NCBI GenBank assembly: GCA_013002375.1 | Contig: JABDJW010000252.1 | Span: 1-32,164 of the forward strand | Length of the DNA stretch: 32,164 nucleotides | Direction of reading: 5' to 3' | Source of the DNA: Acidimicrobiales bacterium | Lineage (GTDB): Bacteria; Actinomycetota; Acidimicrobiia; Acidimicrobiales; SHLQ01 | Shown here: positions 8,038 through 17,274 of the stretch, piece by piece | Layout: the number at the start of each line of letters is the position of its first letter | How positions within the stretch are numbered: position 1 is the first letter of the stretch | Notes under the pieces: model-generated | The model's database searches: none | Told to the model about the DNA's origin: nothing | Seen by the model: only the letters and a program-made list of their open reading frames with translations | Position numbers and translations under genes: made by a program

Positions 8038-9837
8038 ATGAAACGGGTACTCGTAGTTCTGGTCGTCTTGGCGACCCTGATGACCGCGTTGGTCACCGCG
8101 CCGGCCGCCGGCGCCAGCGATCGTTCGTCGCCGAGACCGGGTCGGGCACCGGCCGAGGAGCTCGGCCCGTGGGCGATCGGCTACGAGACGTTCGAGCTCG
8201 TCGATGCCGCCCGCGGCGACCGCACCCTGCCGGTCGATGTCTGGTACCCGGTCGATGCCGACGATGCCGTTGGCGTTCCCAAGGCCCAACTCGACCTCTT
8301 CGTCGCCGACTACGAGCTCGAGTACGCCCTCGACGCTCCCGAACCCGCTGGAAAGGGCCGCTTCCCCCTCGTGGTCTTCTCCCATGGTTCGGGTGGCTTC
8401 CGCTCGCAGTCCTGGTTCTACATGCAGCACCTCGCCAGTCACGGCTACGTCGTCGTGGCGCCGGATCATGTCGGCAACACGGCGCTCGACGGCTTCTTCG
8501 GCACCCAGATCCCGGGTTCGGAGATGGTGACGCTTCGGCCCCAGGACATCAGCTTCGTCATGGACGAAATCCTCGCGATGAACGAGGACGACGATCATCG
8601 GTACGACAACCTCATCAACGAGCGCCGCATCGCGGTGGCCGGGCACTCGTTTGGTGGTTACACCGCCCTGGCCATCGCCGGTGGCGTAGAAGCGCTCGGC
8701 CTCGAGGCCGACGAACGCGTCGATGCGATCATTCCCCTGGCCGGCGCGTCGAACGGCATGAGCGACGTCGATCTGGAGAACATCGACATCCCGACCTTGT
8801 TCCTGTCGAGCACCGACGACGTCACCGTTCCGCTCGATCCCGGCACGGTGCGGCCCTTTGACCTGATCTCTTCCCGCCGCGCCTACCGGGTCGATATCTT
8901 GTCCGGTGGCCACAACTCCTTCGTCAACATCTGTGACCTGGTCGATGTCCTGCTCGAGGCCGGGTTGCCCGATGTCCTGCTGGCCCAGCTGATCTCCAGC
9001 GCCGAGGAAGGGTGCGGCGCCGACCTGATCAATATCGATGAGGCGCATCGCTTGACCAACCTGTACTCGGTGGCGTTCCTGAACGACGTGTTCAACCGGC
9101 CGGGCCGCAATGCTCGTTACCTGACCGACGACTATGCCGAGGCCAACGAGCTGCCCGTCGATCTCTACGACCTTCGCCGCGGCGAACCCCGGCTTCGGTT
9201 CTCCGGAGTCGATCCGGTCGGCCCGCTACGCGACTTCCGCTACTGCGAGATGATCACGCTGGCCGGCCTGCCCAATGCCGACGGCTTGATCGAGGCCACC
9301 GTGTGGAACTCGATGTTCCTCAACGACTGTCCACAGGACGCATTCGACGCCATCGACACCGCAGAGGTGGCCGCCGATCTCGGCGTGACCGCGGCGGTGA
9401 AAAACGGCCCCCGTTACTGGGTGCTCGACGCGATCGCGGCCGAGGGTGCGACGGCCGGCGGTGAGATCTACGACTTCGGCGGCATCGAGATGCGCAGCTC
9501 GGCCACCGTGCTGGTCAACCCGGCCAACCGCGCGCCGTATAGCCAGACCAGCGTCGAACGCGACACGGTCTTCAGCTTTTTCGCCGGTCGCGAGGTGCCG
9601 ATCCTGACCGACCCGCACGGCAACGAGTACGTCATGCAGTCCTACAGTCTCGAGGTCGATCCCGAGCTGGGATTGGCCGACGTCACCGAAATCGGCGGTG
9701 ACCTCGGGCTGCCCCCGGGCTGGACCTTCGAGGCCCGGTTCCTCGACCAGCAGCTCGACGTGGTGGATCAGGACGGCATCGCCACCGTCGTGCAGGACGA
9801 TCTGCGCAACACGTACCAGCTGATCGCGCCGGCCTAG
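8038..9837 (+). CDS. Secreted alpha/beta hydrolase (PAF-acetylhydrolase/dienelactone-hydrolase-like) with an extra uncharacterised C-terminal domain
   Basis: RBS AGGGGGAG before ATG 8038; signal peptide MKRVLVVLVVLATLMTALVTAPAAGA; PLVVFSHG, nucleophile elbow GHSFGG, DD and GGHNSF; separate domain of about 215 aa from LRFSG to NTYQ. Confidence 0.85.
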   Translation: MKRVLVVLVVLATLMTALVTAPAAGASDRSSPRPGRAPAEELGPWAIGYETFELVDAARGDRTLPVDVWYPVDADDAVGVPKAQLDLFVADYELEYALDAPEPAGKGRFPLVVFSHGSGGFRSQSWFYMQHLASHGYVVVAPDHVGNTALDGFFGTQIPGSEMVTLRPQDISFVMDEILAMNEDDDHRYDNLINERRIAVAGHSFGGYTALAIAGGVEALGLEADERVDAIIPLAGASNGMSDVDLENIDIPTLFLSSTDDVTVPLDPGTVRPFDLISSRRAYRVDILSGGHNSFVNICDLVDVLLEAGLPDVLLAQLISSAEEGCGADLINIDEAHRLTNLYSVAFLNDVFNRPGRNARYLTDDYAEANELPVDLYDLRRGEPRLRFSGVDPVGPLRDFRYCEMITLAGLPNADGLIEATVWNSMFLNDCPQDAFDAIDTAEVAADLGVTAAVKNGPRYWVLDAIAAEGATAGGEIYDFGGIEMRSSATVLVNPANRAPYSQTSVERDTVFSFFAGREVPILTDPHGNEYVMQSYSLEVDPELGLADVTEIGGDLGLPPGWTFEARFLDQQLDVVDQDGIATVVQDDLRNTYQLIAPA

Positions 9838-9864
9838 CCGGTCACGGCCGCATCTGGGCCATTC

Positions 9865-9899
9865 GGCCCTTCGATACCCCGAACCGGTGTCGGAGGGCC
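9865..9899 (+). terminator. Probable intrinsic terminator hairpin after the hydrolase
   Basis: GGCCCTTCGATACC (9865-9878) pairs with GGTGTCGGAGGGCC (9886-9899), 14 bp with two G-U pairs; no U-tail. Confidence 0.6.
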
Positions 9900-9912
9900 T
9901 ACGATGGCGCCC

Positions 9913-10050
9913 ATGTACGGAGTGATTCTCGCGGTCGTTTGGCATTTCTGGTTGGCGGTGGCTCTGGCCTTCCCCGCCGTGCTGCTGATCGTCGCCACCA
10001 TCGTTGGGTATGTCACGCAAGTGACCCGCACGAGGTATCCGAAGCAGTAG
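9913..10050 (+). CDS. 45-aa small membrane protein (absent from the ORF track)
   Basis: MYGVILAVVWHFWLAVALAFPAVLLIVATIVGYVTQVTRTRYPKQ*; TACGAT -10 (9900-9905) 7 nt upstream; stop 2 nt before the next GTG start. Confidence 0.72.
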   Translation: MYGVILAVVWHFWLAVALAFPAVLLIVATIVGYVTQVTRTRYPKQ

Positions 10051-10052
10051 CT

Positions 10053-11129
10053 GTGACCGAGCCTGTCGACTGGGATCTCGCCCGCCGCGTCGCCACCCGG
10101 GTGGCCGGCCGCGAGCCGTTCAGCGTCAGCTACCACGCGCACTCACTGCTGCCGGACTTCAACGAGTTCACCGCCCAGGCCGAGGAACTGGTCGCCGAAA
10201 CGACCGGCCTGCGATCGATGGCCGGCGACGCGCGGGCCCGGGTCGCCGACCGCGAACAATGGGTCGATGCCAACCTCGCCTCGTTTCAGCGCCTCTTGCG
10301 GCCCCTGCTCGATCGCATCAGCGAGAAGTCGAGCGGCAGCAGCCTGGCTGCCCCGATCGGCCGCCGGCTCACCGCGCTCGAACTCGGCGGCCTGCTCGGG
10401 TGGATGTCGACCCGAGTGCTCGGTCAATACGATCTGCTCGTCATCGAGGACGAGAACCCCGACGATCAGGACATCGTCTACTACGTGGGCCCGAACGTCC
10501 TGGCCCTCGAGAAGCGCTACGCCTTCCCGCCCCAGGAATTCCGGCTTTGGCTCGCGCTGCACGAGGTCACCCATCGGGCCCAGTTCACTGGCATCCCCTG
10601 GATGCGCGAGCACTTCCTGGGCCTCGTCAACCAAACCCTCGATGCCGTCGATCCCGATCCGCAACGCTTCCTCGATGGCCTGAAGCGCATGGTCGAGATC
10701 AAGAAGGCGGGCGGTGACCCGCTGGCCGACGGTGGCATCGCCGCGTTGCTGGCCAGCGAGGAACAGCGTGAGATCCTCGATCAAATCGCCGGGCTGATGA
10801 GCCTGCTCGAAGGCCATGGCGATGTCACCATGGATCGGGCCGGTGCCGATCAGATCCCCAGCGCCGAACGCTTCGGCCGGGTGTTGCGCGATCGCCGCTC
10901 CTCCACCAAGGGCCTGATGAAACTGTTCCAGCGGATCGTCGGGATCGACGCCAAGATCCAGCAGTACGCCCAGGGTGAGCACTTCATCGAGATCGTCGAA
11001 AAGGCCGGCGGAACCGAGCTGCTCGATCAGGCCTGGATCGGCCCGGAGATGTTGCCCTCCATCCAGGAGATCCGCGACCCCGAGCTGTGGATCACCCGAA
11101 TGCAGCCGGTCGAGGCCCAACCGGCGTAA
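10053..11129 (+). CDS. Zinc-dependent metalloprotease, DUF2342 family
   Basis: GTG start VTEPVDWDLA; RVLGQYD, LHEVTHRAQF (HExxH) and MSLLEGH; usual position upstream of tilS. Confidence 0.9.
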   Translation: MTEPVDWDLARRVATRVAGREPFSVSYHAHSLLPDFNEFTAQAEELVAETTGLRSMAGDARARVADREQWVDANLASFQRLLRPLLDRISEKSSGSSLAAPIGRRLTALELGGLLGWMSTRVLGQYDLLVIEDENPDDQDIVYYVGPNVLALEKRYAFPPQEFRLWLALHEVTHRAQFTGIPWMREHFLGLVNQTLDAVDPDPQRFLDGLKRMVEIKKAGGDPLADGGIAALLASEEQREILDQIAGLMSLLEGHGDVTMDRAGADQIPSAERFGRVLRDRRSSTKGLMKLFQRIVGIDAKIQQYAQGEHFIEIVEKAGGTELLDQAWIGPEMLPSIQEIRDPELWITRMQPVEAQPA

Positions 11130-11148
11130 GGCCGCCGGTGAGCGCCCG

Positions 11149-12138
11149 GTGATCTCCTCCGCTCTCGAACGGTGCACGTTCCCCGCGGCCGGCTCGCCGC
11201 TGGCCTGCGCAGTGTCGGGAGGTGCCGACTCGCTGGCGATGTTGGCCTTGGCCGCTGCGGCGGGATGCAGGATCACCGTCTGGCACATCGATCACGGACA
11301 GCGGCCCGACGGTCCTGCTGAAGCGGCCCTGGTCGAAGCCGCGGCGGCTCGCTACGGAGCGGCGTTCGAGGCTCGATCCGTCGCCGTGCCCGACGGCCCG
11401 AACCTCGAGGCGCGGCTCCGGCGGGCCCGGTACGAGGCGTTGCCCGGGGTGGTTGCGGTGGGCCATACCGCAGACGATCAGGTCGAGACCCTGCTGTTGA
11501 ACATGATGCGCGGCGCCGGCCCTGACGGCTTGAGCCCGATGGCGGGCCTCGTGGGGGCGGTGGGTCCCGACGGCGTGGAGGGAGTGCAGGTCTGCGCCGA
11601 CGGTTCGACGCGTCCGATCGAGCGGCTGCGGCCCATCCTGGCCCTCCGCCGACGCGACACCGAGGCGATCTGCGCGGCAGAGGGATTGGACTTTGCCAAC
11701 GATCCGACCAACGCCGATCCCCGCTTCCGGCGCAACCGGGTGCGGCACGAGCTCCTGCCGCTGCTGGCCGACATCTTCGAACGCGATCCGGTACCGGTGC
11801 TGTTGCGCATGATCGAGCAACAGCGCGAGCTGGCCCAGGCCTTGCACGAGCGCACCGATGGGCTCGACCTCGCCGATGCCAAGGTCGTCGCGGCGCTGCC
11901 AGCCGCGATCGCCACGAGCGCGGTACGTCGGTGGTTGGTCCGGCAGGACATCCGGTTGCTCGATGGATTGAACGCCGCCGCGCTCGAACGGGTCGTGGCT
12001 GTCGCCCGAGGTGACGCGGTGGCGACCGAACTCGAAGGCGGCTTCCGCGTCGAACGTTCGAAGCAGCGGCTCCGTTTGATCGGCCCGTCCACGGATTCGG
12101 ATGCGCCGCCGGACCGAGCCGGTCCCGAATCGGGGTAG
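11149..12138 (+). CDS. tilS: tRNA(Ile)-lysidine synthetase
   Basis: PP-loop AVSGGADS, HIDHG, GHTADDQVETLL and DPTN...RRNRVRH; start approximate (GTG 11149). Confidence 0.92.
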   Translation: MISSALERCTFPAAGSPLACAVSGGADSLAMLALAAAAGCRITVWHIDHGQRPDGPAEAALVEAAAARYGAAFEARSVAVPDGPNLEARLRRARYEALPGVVAVGHTADDQVETLLLNMMRGAGPDGLSPMAGLVGAVGPDGVEGVQVCADGSTRPIERLRPILALRRRDTEAICAAEGLDFANDPTNADPRFRRNRVRHELLPLLADIFERDPVPVLLRMIEQQRELAQALHERTDGLDLADAKVVAALPAAIATSAVRRWLVRQDIRLLDGLNAAALERVVAVARGDAVATELEGGFRVERSKQRLRLIGPSTDSDAPPDRAGPESG

Positions 12139-12208
12139 GCTCGCCCCTGTTTGTCGGCCGGGCTCGTCCGGGCCGGCCTGTCGTGGCGGAGCCTCAAAGG
12201 AACCGATC

Positions 12209-12754
12209 TTGTCCAACGAATACGACCTGGCCGAGTGCCAGGAAGTTGTGGTCAGCGCCGAACGGTTGCAGCGGCGGATCACCGAACTCGGTGCCCAGAT
12301 CACCGCCGACTATCAGGGTCGGCCCCCGCTGCTGGTCGGCGTGCTCAAGGGCGCCTTCATGTTCATGAGCGACCTCGCCCGAGCCATCGAGCTCCCGGTC
12401 GAGTTCGACTTCATGGCGGTGGCTTCGTACGGCAACGCGACCAAGACCAGCGGCGTGGTGCGCATCGTCAAGGATCTCGACATCGACCTGGGCGGCCGTG
12501 ATGTCCTGCTCGTCGAGGACATCATCGACAGCGGGCTCACCCTGAAGTACCTGCGGACGAACCTGCTGGCCCGCCAGCCGGCCAGCCTCGAGGTCTGCGC
12601 GCTGCTGGTGCGGGAGGGGCTGCAGGAGAGCGATCCCGATCTCAAGTACGTCGGCTTCCACATCCCGCCGGATTTCGTGGTCGGGTACGGGCTCGACGTG
12701 GCCGAACGATTCCGCAACCTGCCCGACATCCGTCGTTTCACCGGCACCGCCTAG
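12209..12754 (+). CDS. hpt: Hypoxanthine phosphoribosyltransferase
   Basis: RBS AAAGGA before TTG 12209; VGVLKGAFMF, PRPP motif VLLVEDIIDSGLT and FVVGYGLD. Confidence 0.96.
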   Translation: MSNEYDLAECQEVVVSAERLQRRITELGAQITADYQGRPPLLVGVLKGAFMFMSDLARAIELPVEFDFMAVASYGNATKTSGVVRIVKDLDIDLGGRDVLLVEDIIDSGLTLKYLRTNLLARQPASLEVCALLVREGLQESDPDLKYVGFHIPPDFVVGYGLDVAERFRNLPDIRRFTGTA

Positions 12755-12785
12755 CCAAACGGCGCCCTATCGGGCCGGGTGCGGC

Positions 12786-12811
12786 ATCAAGTCCCCGCCA
12801 ATTCGGTCGAT
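12786..12811 (+). promoter_or_regulatory. Possible FliA/WhiG-like promoter upstream of ftsH
   Basis: ATCA-N16-GTCGAT (equivalently TCAAG-N14-GTCGAT); a TAGGAT housekeeping -10 is also present at 12855-12860. Confidence 0.3.
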
Positions 12812-12869
12812 GGGAAGCGGCCGAGTCGCGGGTTCGCAGGACCTCGGCAAGCGATAGGATTGAGGCAAC

Positions 12870-14807
12870 GTGAAACGACTGAACCGTAGTCTGGTCATCT
12901 GGGCGCTCTTGGTGCTGTTGCTCGGCGTGCTCGCCGGATCGATCTGGCGCGGCGGCGATGACGCGGAAGAGCTGTTGCTCAGCGAGTTCCGGGCCCGAAT
13001 CGCAGCCGAAGAGGTCGAAACCGCCACCTTCCACGATCGCGACAGCTTCGTCGACGGCGAGCTCAGCGACGGCACCAGGTACACGGTCGCCTACCTCGAG
13101 GAACAAGGCGATGAACTCATCGCTGCCGTCGAGGAAGCCGGCGTCCAGGAGATCGAAGTCGATCAGCAGAGCGAGTCGTTCTGGGTCAGCCTCCTCCTGA
13201 ACCTGCTGCCGATCGTGTTCCTCGTCGCCGTGTTCCTGTTCTTCATCAACCAGATGCAGGGCGGCGGCCGTGGCGTCATGCAATTCGGCAAGGCCAAGAC
13301 GCGCCAGATGTCGAAGGACCAGCCCAAGGTCACGTTCGCCGACGTCGCCGGCTCCGACGAAGCGGTCGAGGAGCTGCGCGAAATCAAGGACTTCCTCGAA
13401 GCACCCGGCAAGTTTCATGCCATCGGCGCCAAGATCCCCAAGGGGGTGCTGCTCTACGGCCCTCCCGGCACCGGCAAGACCCTGCTGGCCCGAGCGGTCG
13501 CAGGCGAAGCGGGTGTTCCGTTCTTCACGATCTCGGGTTCCGACTTCGTCGAGATGTTCGTCGGTGTCGGTGCGAGCCGGGTTCGCGATTTGTTCGAACA
13601 GGCCAAGGCCGCGGCGCCTTCGATCATTTTCGTCGACGAGATCGATGCCGTCGGGCGCCATCGCGGTGCCGGTCTCGGCGGCGGCCACGACGAACGCGAG
13701 CAGACCCTCAACCAGCTGTTGGTCGAGATGGATGGCTTCGACGTCACCAGCGGCGTCATCTTGATCGCTGCGACCAACCGTCCCGACATCCTTGATCCCG
13801 CCCTGCTGCGCCCAGGTCGCTTCGATCGTCAGATCGTGGTCGATCGGCCCGATCTCGAAGGCCGGAAGGCCATCGTCGAGGTCCATCGCAAGGGCAAGCC
13901 CCTGCTCGAAGAGGTCTCGAGCGAGGTCATCGCCCGCCGCACTCCCGGCTTCACCGGCGCCGACCTGGCCAACCTGATGAACGAAGCCGCCCTGCTGGCG
14001 GCTCGGATGGACGAGCAACAGATCAGCGCGTCGCACATCGATGCCGCGATCGATCGTGTCATCGCCGGCCCGGAACGCAAGGGCAAGCTGATGACCGACA
14101 AGCTCAAGCACGTCATTGCGTACCACGAGGCCGGGCACGCGCTCGTCGGTCATGTGCTGCCCAACACCGACCCGATCCACAAGATCACGATCATTCCCCG
14201 CGGCCGAGCGTTGGGCCTGACCTTGGCGCTGCCGACCGAGGACACCTACCTCGTCAGCCGAGCCGCCTATCGCGATCAGATGGCGATGATGCTGGGCGGA
14301 CGCACCGCGGAGGAAATCATTTTCGGCGAACCGACCACCGGCGCGGCCGACGACATCAAACGGGCGACCGGCATCGCCCGCTCCATGGTCACCGAATACG
14401 GCATGAGCGACGCGCTCGGCCCCCAGCAGTTCGGCGAGCCCGAAGGTGAAGTCTTCCTGGGCAAGACCCAAGGGCATCGCCAGAACTACTCCGATGACAT
14501 CGCATCCCAGATCGACGCCGAGGTGCGGAGCCTGATCGACAGTGCCCATGACGAGGCCCGCGAGGTGCTCTCCCTCCACCGCAGCACGCTCGACCTCCTG
14601 GCCGAGCGGTTGATCGAACACGAGACGCTCGACGACGATGCGCTCAACGCGCTGTGGGACGAAGTCGACCTACCCAAGGGTGGGGCTGATGCCGAGTCCG
14701 ATGCGGCGAGCCCCGCGACCCCGTCAGCCAACTCTCCCGAGTTGACCAATCCGAACGCGGCGCAACCGACGTCGTTCGAGCCGCCGCGCGGCGGCGAAGA
14801 CGACTAA
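12870..14807 (+). CDS. ftsH: ATP-dependent zinc metalloprotease FtsH
   Basis: Two TM segments, [19 protein letters not shown] motif [19 protein letters not shown] and HEAGH. Confidence 0.98.
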   Translation: MKRLNRSLVIWALLVLLLGVLAGSIWRGGDDAEELLLSEFRARIAAEEVETATFHDRDSFVDGELSDGTRYTVAYLEEQGDELIAAVEEAGVQEIEVDQQSESFWVSLLLNLLPIVFLVAVFLFFINQMQGGGRGVMQFGKAKTRQMSKDQPKVTFADVAGSDEAVEELREIKDFLEAPGKFHAIGAKIPKGVLLYGPPGTGKTLLARAVAGEAGVPFFTISGSDFVEMFVGVGASRVRDLFEQAKAAAPSIIFVDEIDAVGRHRGAGLGGGHDEREQTLNQLLVEMDGFDVTSGVILIAATNRPDILDPALLRPGRFDRQIVVDRPDLEGRKAIVEVHRKGKPLLEEVSSEVIARRTPGFTGADLANLMNEAALLAARMDEQQISASHIDAAIDRVIAGPERKGKLMTDKLKHVIAYHEAGHALVGHVLPNTDPIHKITIIPRGRALGLTLALPTEDTYLVSRAAYRDQMAMMLGGRTAEEIIFGEPTTGAADDIKRATGIARSMVTEYGMSDALGPQQFGEPEGEVFLGKTQGHRQNYSDDIASQIDAEVRSLIDSAHDEAREVLSLHRSTLDLLAERLIEHETLDDDALNALWDEVDLPKGGADAESDAASPATPSANSPELTNPNAAQPTSFEPPRGGEDD

Positions 14808-14846
14808 AACAATAGCGCTGGATCGCGACACAAAAGGGCGCTCTCG

Positions 14847-15485
14847 TTGAGTAACAACTCGTCCCACTCCACCGACGACGACATTGATGGCGCGCGGCTG
14901 AAGGCCATCCACGCCTCCGAGGTTGATCAACCCCGCATCGAGGCCGCGGTGCGCGAGATCCTCGCCGCCATCGGCGAGGACCCGAATCGCGATGGTCTGC
15001 TCGATACGCCGGGCCGGGTGGCTCGCATGTACGCCGAAACTTGCTCGGGACTGCACATCGACCCGGCCCAGCATCTGCACAAGACCTTCGATGTCGACCA
15101 CGACGAGATGGTCATGGTGCGTGACATTCCGCTCTATTCGTTGTGCGAGCACCATCTGTTGCCCTTCATCGGCTCGGCCCACTGCGCGTACATCCCCCAG
15201 AAGAACGGGCGCATCACCGGCCTGTCGAAGCTGGCCCGGCTGGTCGACGGCTACTCCCGGCGCCCCCAAGTCCAGGAGCGTCTGACGCAACAGATCGCCG
15301 ATGCGATCGATGAGATGCTCGAACCGCAGGGCGTGCTGGTGGTGATCGAGGCCGAGCACCTCTGTATGTCGATGCGGGGCGTCCGCAAACCCGGCTCCTC
15401 GACCGTCACGTCCTCGGTCAAGGGCATCTTCCGCGAGCAGAGCTCCACTCGCTCCGAGGCCATGCGCTTCCTCGAGCGTCGCTGA
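14847..15485 (+). CDS. folE: GTP cyclohydrolase I
   Basis: [35 protein letters not shown] and HLCMSMRG; start approximate. Confidence 0.97.
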   Translation: MSNNSSHSTDDDIDGARLKAIHASEVDQPRIEAAVREILAAIGEDPNRDGLLDTPGRVARMYAETCSGLHIDPAQHLHKTFDVDHDEMVMVRDIPLYSLCEHHLLPFIGSAHCAYIPQKNGRITGLSKLARLVDGYSRRPQVQERLTQQIADAIDEMLEPQGVLVVIEAEHLCMSMRGVRKPGSSTVTSSVKGIFREQSSTRSEAMRFLERR

Positions 15486-15550
15486 ACGCCGGTCACTCGC
15501 CGGCGACCGTTCTGCTTCACGGTTTGGGAATCGCTACTAGGGTGGCGGTC

Positions 15551-16375
15551 GTGCCTTTGTCCTTCCCGCTGCGCCCCCGGACGACGGGCCCTGTCGTCAT
15601 GGGAATCGTGAACGTCACACCGGATTCATTCTCCGATGGTGGCCGTTTTCTCGATGCCGATGCCGCGATCGAGCACGGGCGAGCCATGCTGGCCGACGGG
15701 GCGGCGTGGCTCGACGTCGGCGGTGAATCGAGCCGGCCGGGCGCCGAGCCGGTCTCGAGCGAAATCGAGCTCGAACGGGTGATTCCCGTGGTCGAAGCAC
15801 TGGCCAACGACGGCCTGGTCTCGATCGACACCGTCAAGCCCGAGGTCGCCCGGGCCGCCGTGGCCGCAGGCGCCACCATGATCAACGACATCTCCGCATC
15901 CTTGGCGTCGGTGGCGGGCGAGTTGGGCGTGGCCTGGGTCGCCATGCACTGTCAGGGAACCCCCCGCACGATGCAGGATGCGCCCCGCTACGACGACGTC
16001 GTCGCCGAAGTCACCGCCGATCTGGCCGCCGCCATCGAGGCCGGCCAGGCGGCCGGCGTGTCGCAGATCTACGTCGATCCCGGCATTGGCTTCGGCAAGA
16101 CCACGCAGCACAATCTGACGCTGTTGGCGCACCTCGATCGGTTCGTCGCGCTCGGCTTTCCGGTTCTGGTCGGTGCCAGCCGGAAGCGATTCATCGGTGA
16201 AATCCACAGTCGAGCCGACCATCGATCAGAACCGGGATCCCAACTGGCCGCGATCGACGATCGTCTGGAAGGGTCATTGGCCGTCGCCACCTGGGCCAGC
16301 GCGCAGGGGGCGGCAATCGTCCGGGTCCACGACGTGCGAGCAACCGTGCAAGCGGTGCGCGTCGTGGCCGCTTGA
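15551..16375 (+). CDS. folP: Dihydropteroate synthase
   Basis: MGIVNVTPDSFSDGG, DVGGESSRPG, DPGIGFGK, SRKRF and RVHDV; start chosen because TAGGGT -10 lies 7 nt before GTG 15551. Confidence 0.96.
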   Translation: MPLSFPLRPRTTGPVVMGIVNVTPDSFSDGGRFLDADAAIEHGRAMLADGAAWLDVGGESSRPGAEPVSSEIELERVIPVVEALANDGLVSIDTVKPEVARAAVAAGATMINDISASLASVAGELGVAWVAMHCQGTPRTMQDAPRYDDVVAEVTADLAAAIEAGQAAGVSQIYVDPGIGFGKTTQHNLTLLAHLDRFVALGFPVLVGASRKRFIGEIHSRADHRSEPGSQLAAIDDRLEGSLAVATWASAQGAAIVRVHDVRATVQAVRVVAA

Positions 16376-16384
16376 GAGGAACAC

Positions 16385-16903
16385 ATGAAGGGTAAGTGGG
16401 CCCGGGGTATCGAGCCTCGGAACTTCACATGGATCATCAAGGATCGACTGGCCGTCTGCGAGCGGCCGGGCGGCTACGGCGCGAACCATCGCAAGGTCCG
16501 GCGCCAGGAGGAGATCATCTGGATCCGTGAAAACGCCTTCGACATCGTCTTCTCGTTGATCCAGTCGCCCCACAACCTCCACAACTACGACGCCCTCGGC
16601 GTGGCCTATACCCATCAACCGTTCAACGGTCCCGAAGACGGCGTCGAACGACTCGATCAGCTCTACAAGAACCTTCGCACGCTGCTCGACAACGGAGCCA
16701 AGGTCCTCGTCCATCGCGAAGAGCTGGCCGATCACGTCTCGGGAATGCTGGCCGGGTACCTGTTGTGGGCCGGCTTCATCGAGACCGGCCCCGACGTCAT
16801 CGTCGCGATCGAGCAATTGGTCTCGCGACCGCTCGGTCCCGTCGGCCGCGAGATCGTGTCGCTCGCCATCCGGGCGCGCGACGGGGCCGAGGCCTCTTCG
16901 TGA
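16385..16903 (+). CDS. Hypothetical protein with PTP/dual-specificity-phosphatase-like fold lacking the catalytic Cys
   Basis: RBS GAGAGGA; NFTWII..LAVCERPG resembles the N-terminus of small DSPs; the P-loop position reads KVLVHREELADHV instead of VxVHCxxGxxR. Confidence 0.75.
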   Translation: MKGKWARGIEPRNFTWIIKDRLAVCERPGGYGANHRKVRRQEEIIWIRENAFDIVFSLIQSPHNLHNYDALGVAYTHQPFNGPEDGVERLDQLYKNLRTLLDNGAKVLVHREELADHVSGMLAGYLLWAGFIETGPDVIVAIEQLVSRPLGPVGREIVSLAIRARDGAEASS

Positions 16904-17262
16904 CCGACGTCCTCGAATTGCGCGGGCTGCGGGTCATGGCGCTGTGTGGGGCGTTACCCGAAGAGCGCGAGCGGGCCCAACCCTTCGAACTCGACATCGA
17001 CGTGCACACCGACCTTTCGGTGGCCGGCAAATCGGACAACCTCGACGACACGCTCGACTACGGCAGCCTCACCGAGGCGATCTCGATCGTCCTCCATGGC
17101 GAGCAATACACCTTGCTCGAACGCATGGCCGAGCGGGTGACCGAGATCGTCCTCGACGCTCCGACGGTCGAGAAGGTCGTCGTGTCGGTCCACAAGCTCC
17201 GGCCGCCGGTGTCCGAGCACCTGGCGACCGCGGGTGTCCGGATCGAGCGCACCCGCTCCTAG
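16900..17262 (+). CDS. folB: Dihydroneopterin aldolase
   Basis: GTGA overlap with the upstream gene; EERERAQPFELD, SDNLDDTLDY, LLERMAE and VHKLRPP. Confidence 0.93.
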   Translation: MTDVLELRGLRVMALCGALPEERERAQPFELDIDVHTDLSVAGKSDNLDDTLDYGSLTEAISIVLHGEQYTLLERMAERVTEIVLDAPTVEKVVVSVHKLRPPVSEHLATAGVRIERTRS

Positions 17263-17274
17263 GGCGAGCACGCC

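Noticed and set aside
7832-8861. ORFs beginning MGSDPI (7832+, 7857+, 7873-)
   Set aside because: The ATGs are by-products of the palindromic repeat; better-supported starts are 8038(+) and 7747(-).
12738-14621. Long antisense ORFs such as 627 aa opposite ftsH, 770 aa at 24148-26460, 798 aa at 26926-29322, 581 aa at 20896-22641 and 559 aa at 30200-31879
   Set aside because: They shadow well-supported genes, carry no recognisable motifs, and are expected from stop-codon scarcity in high-GC DNA.
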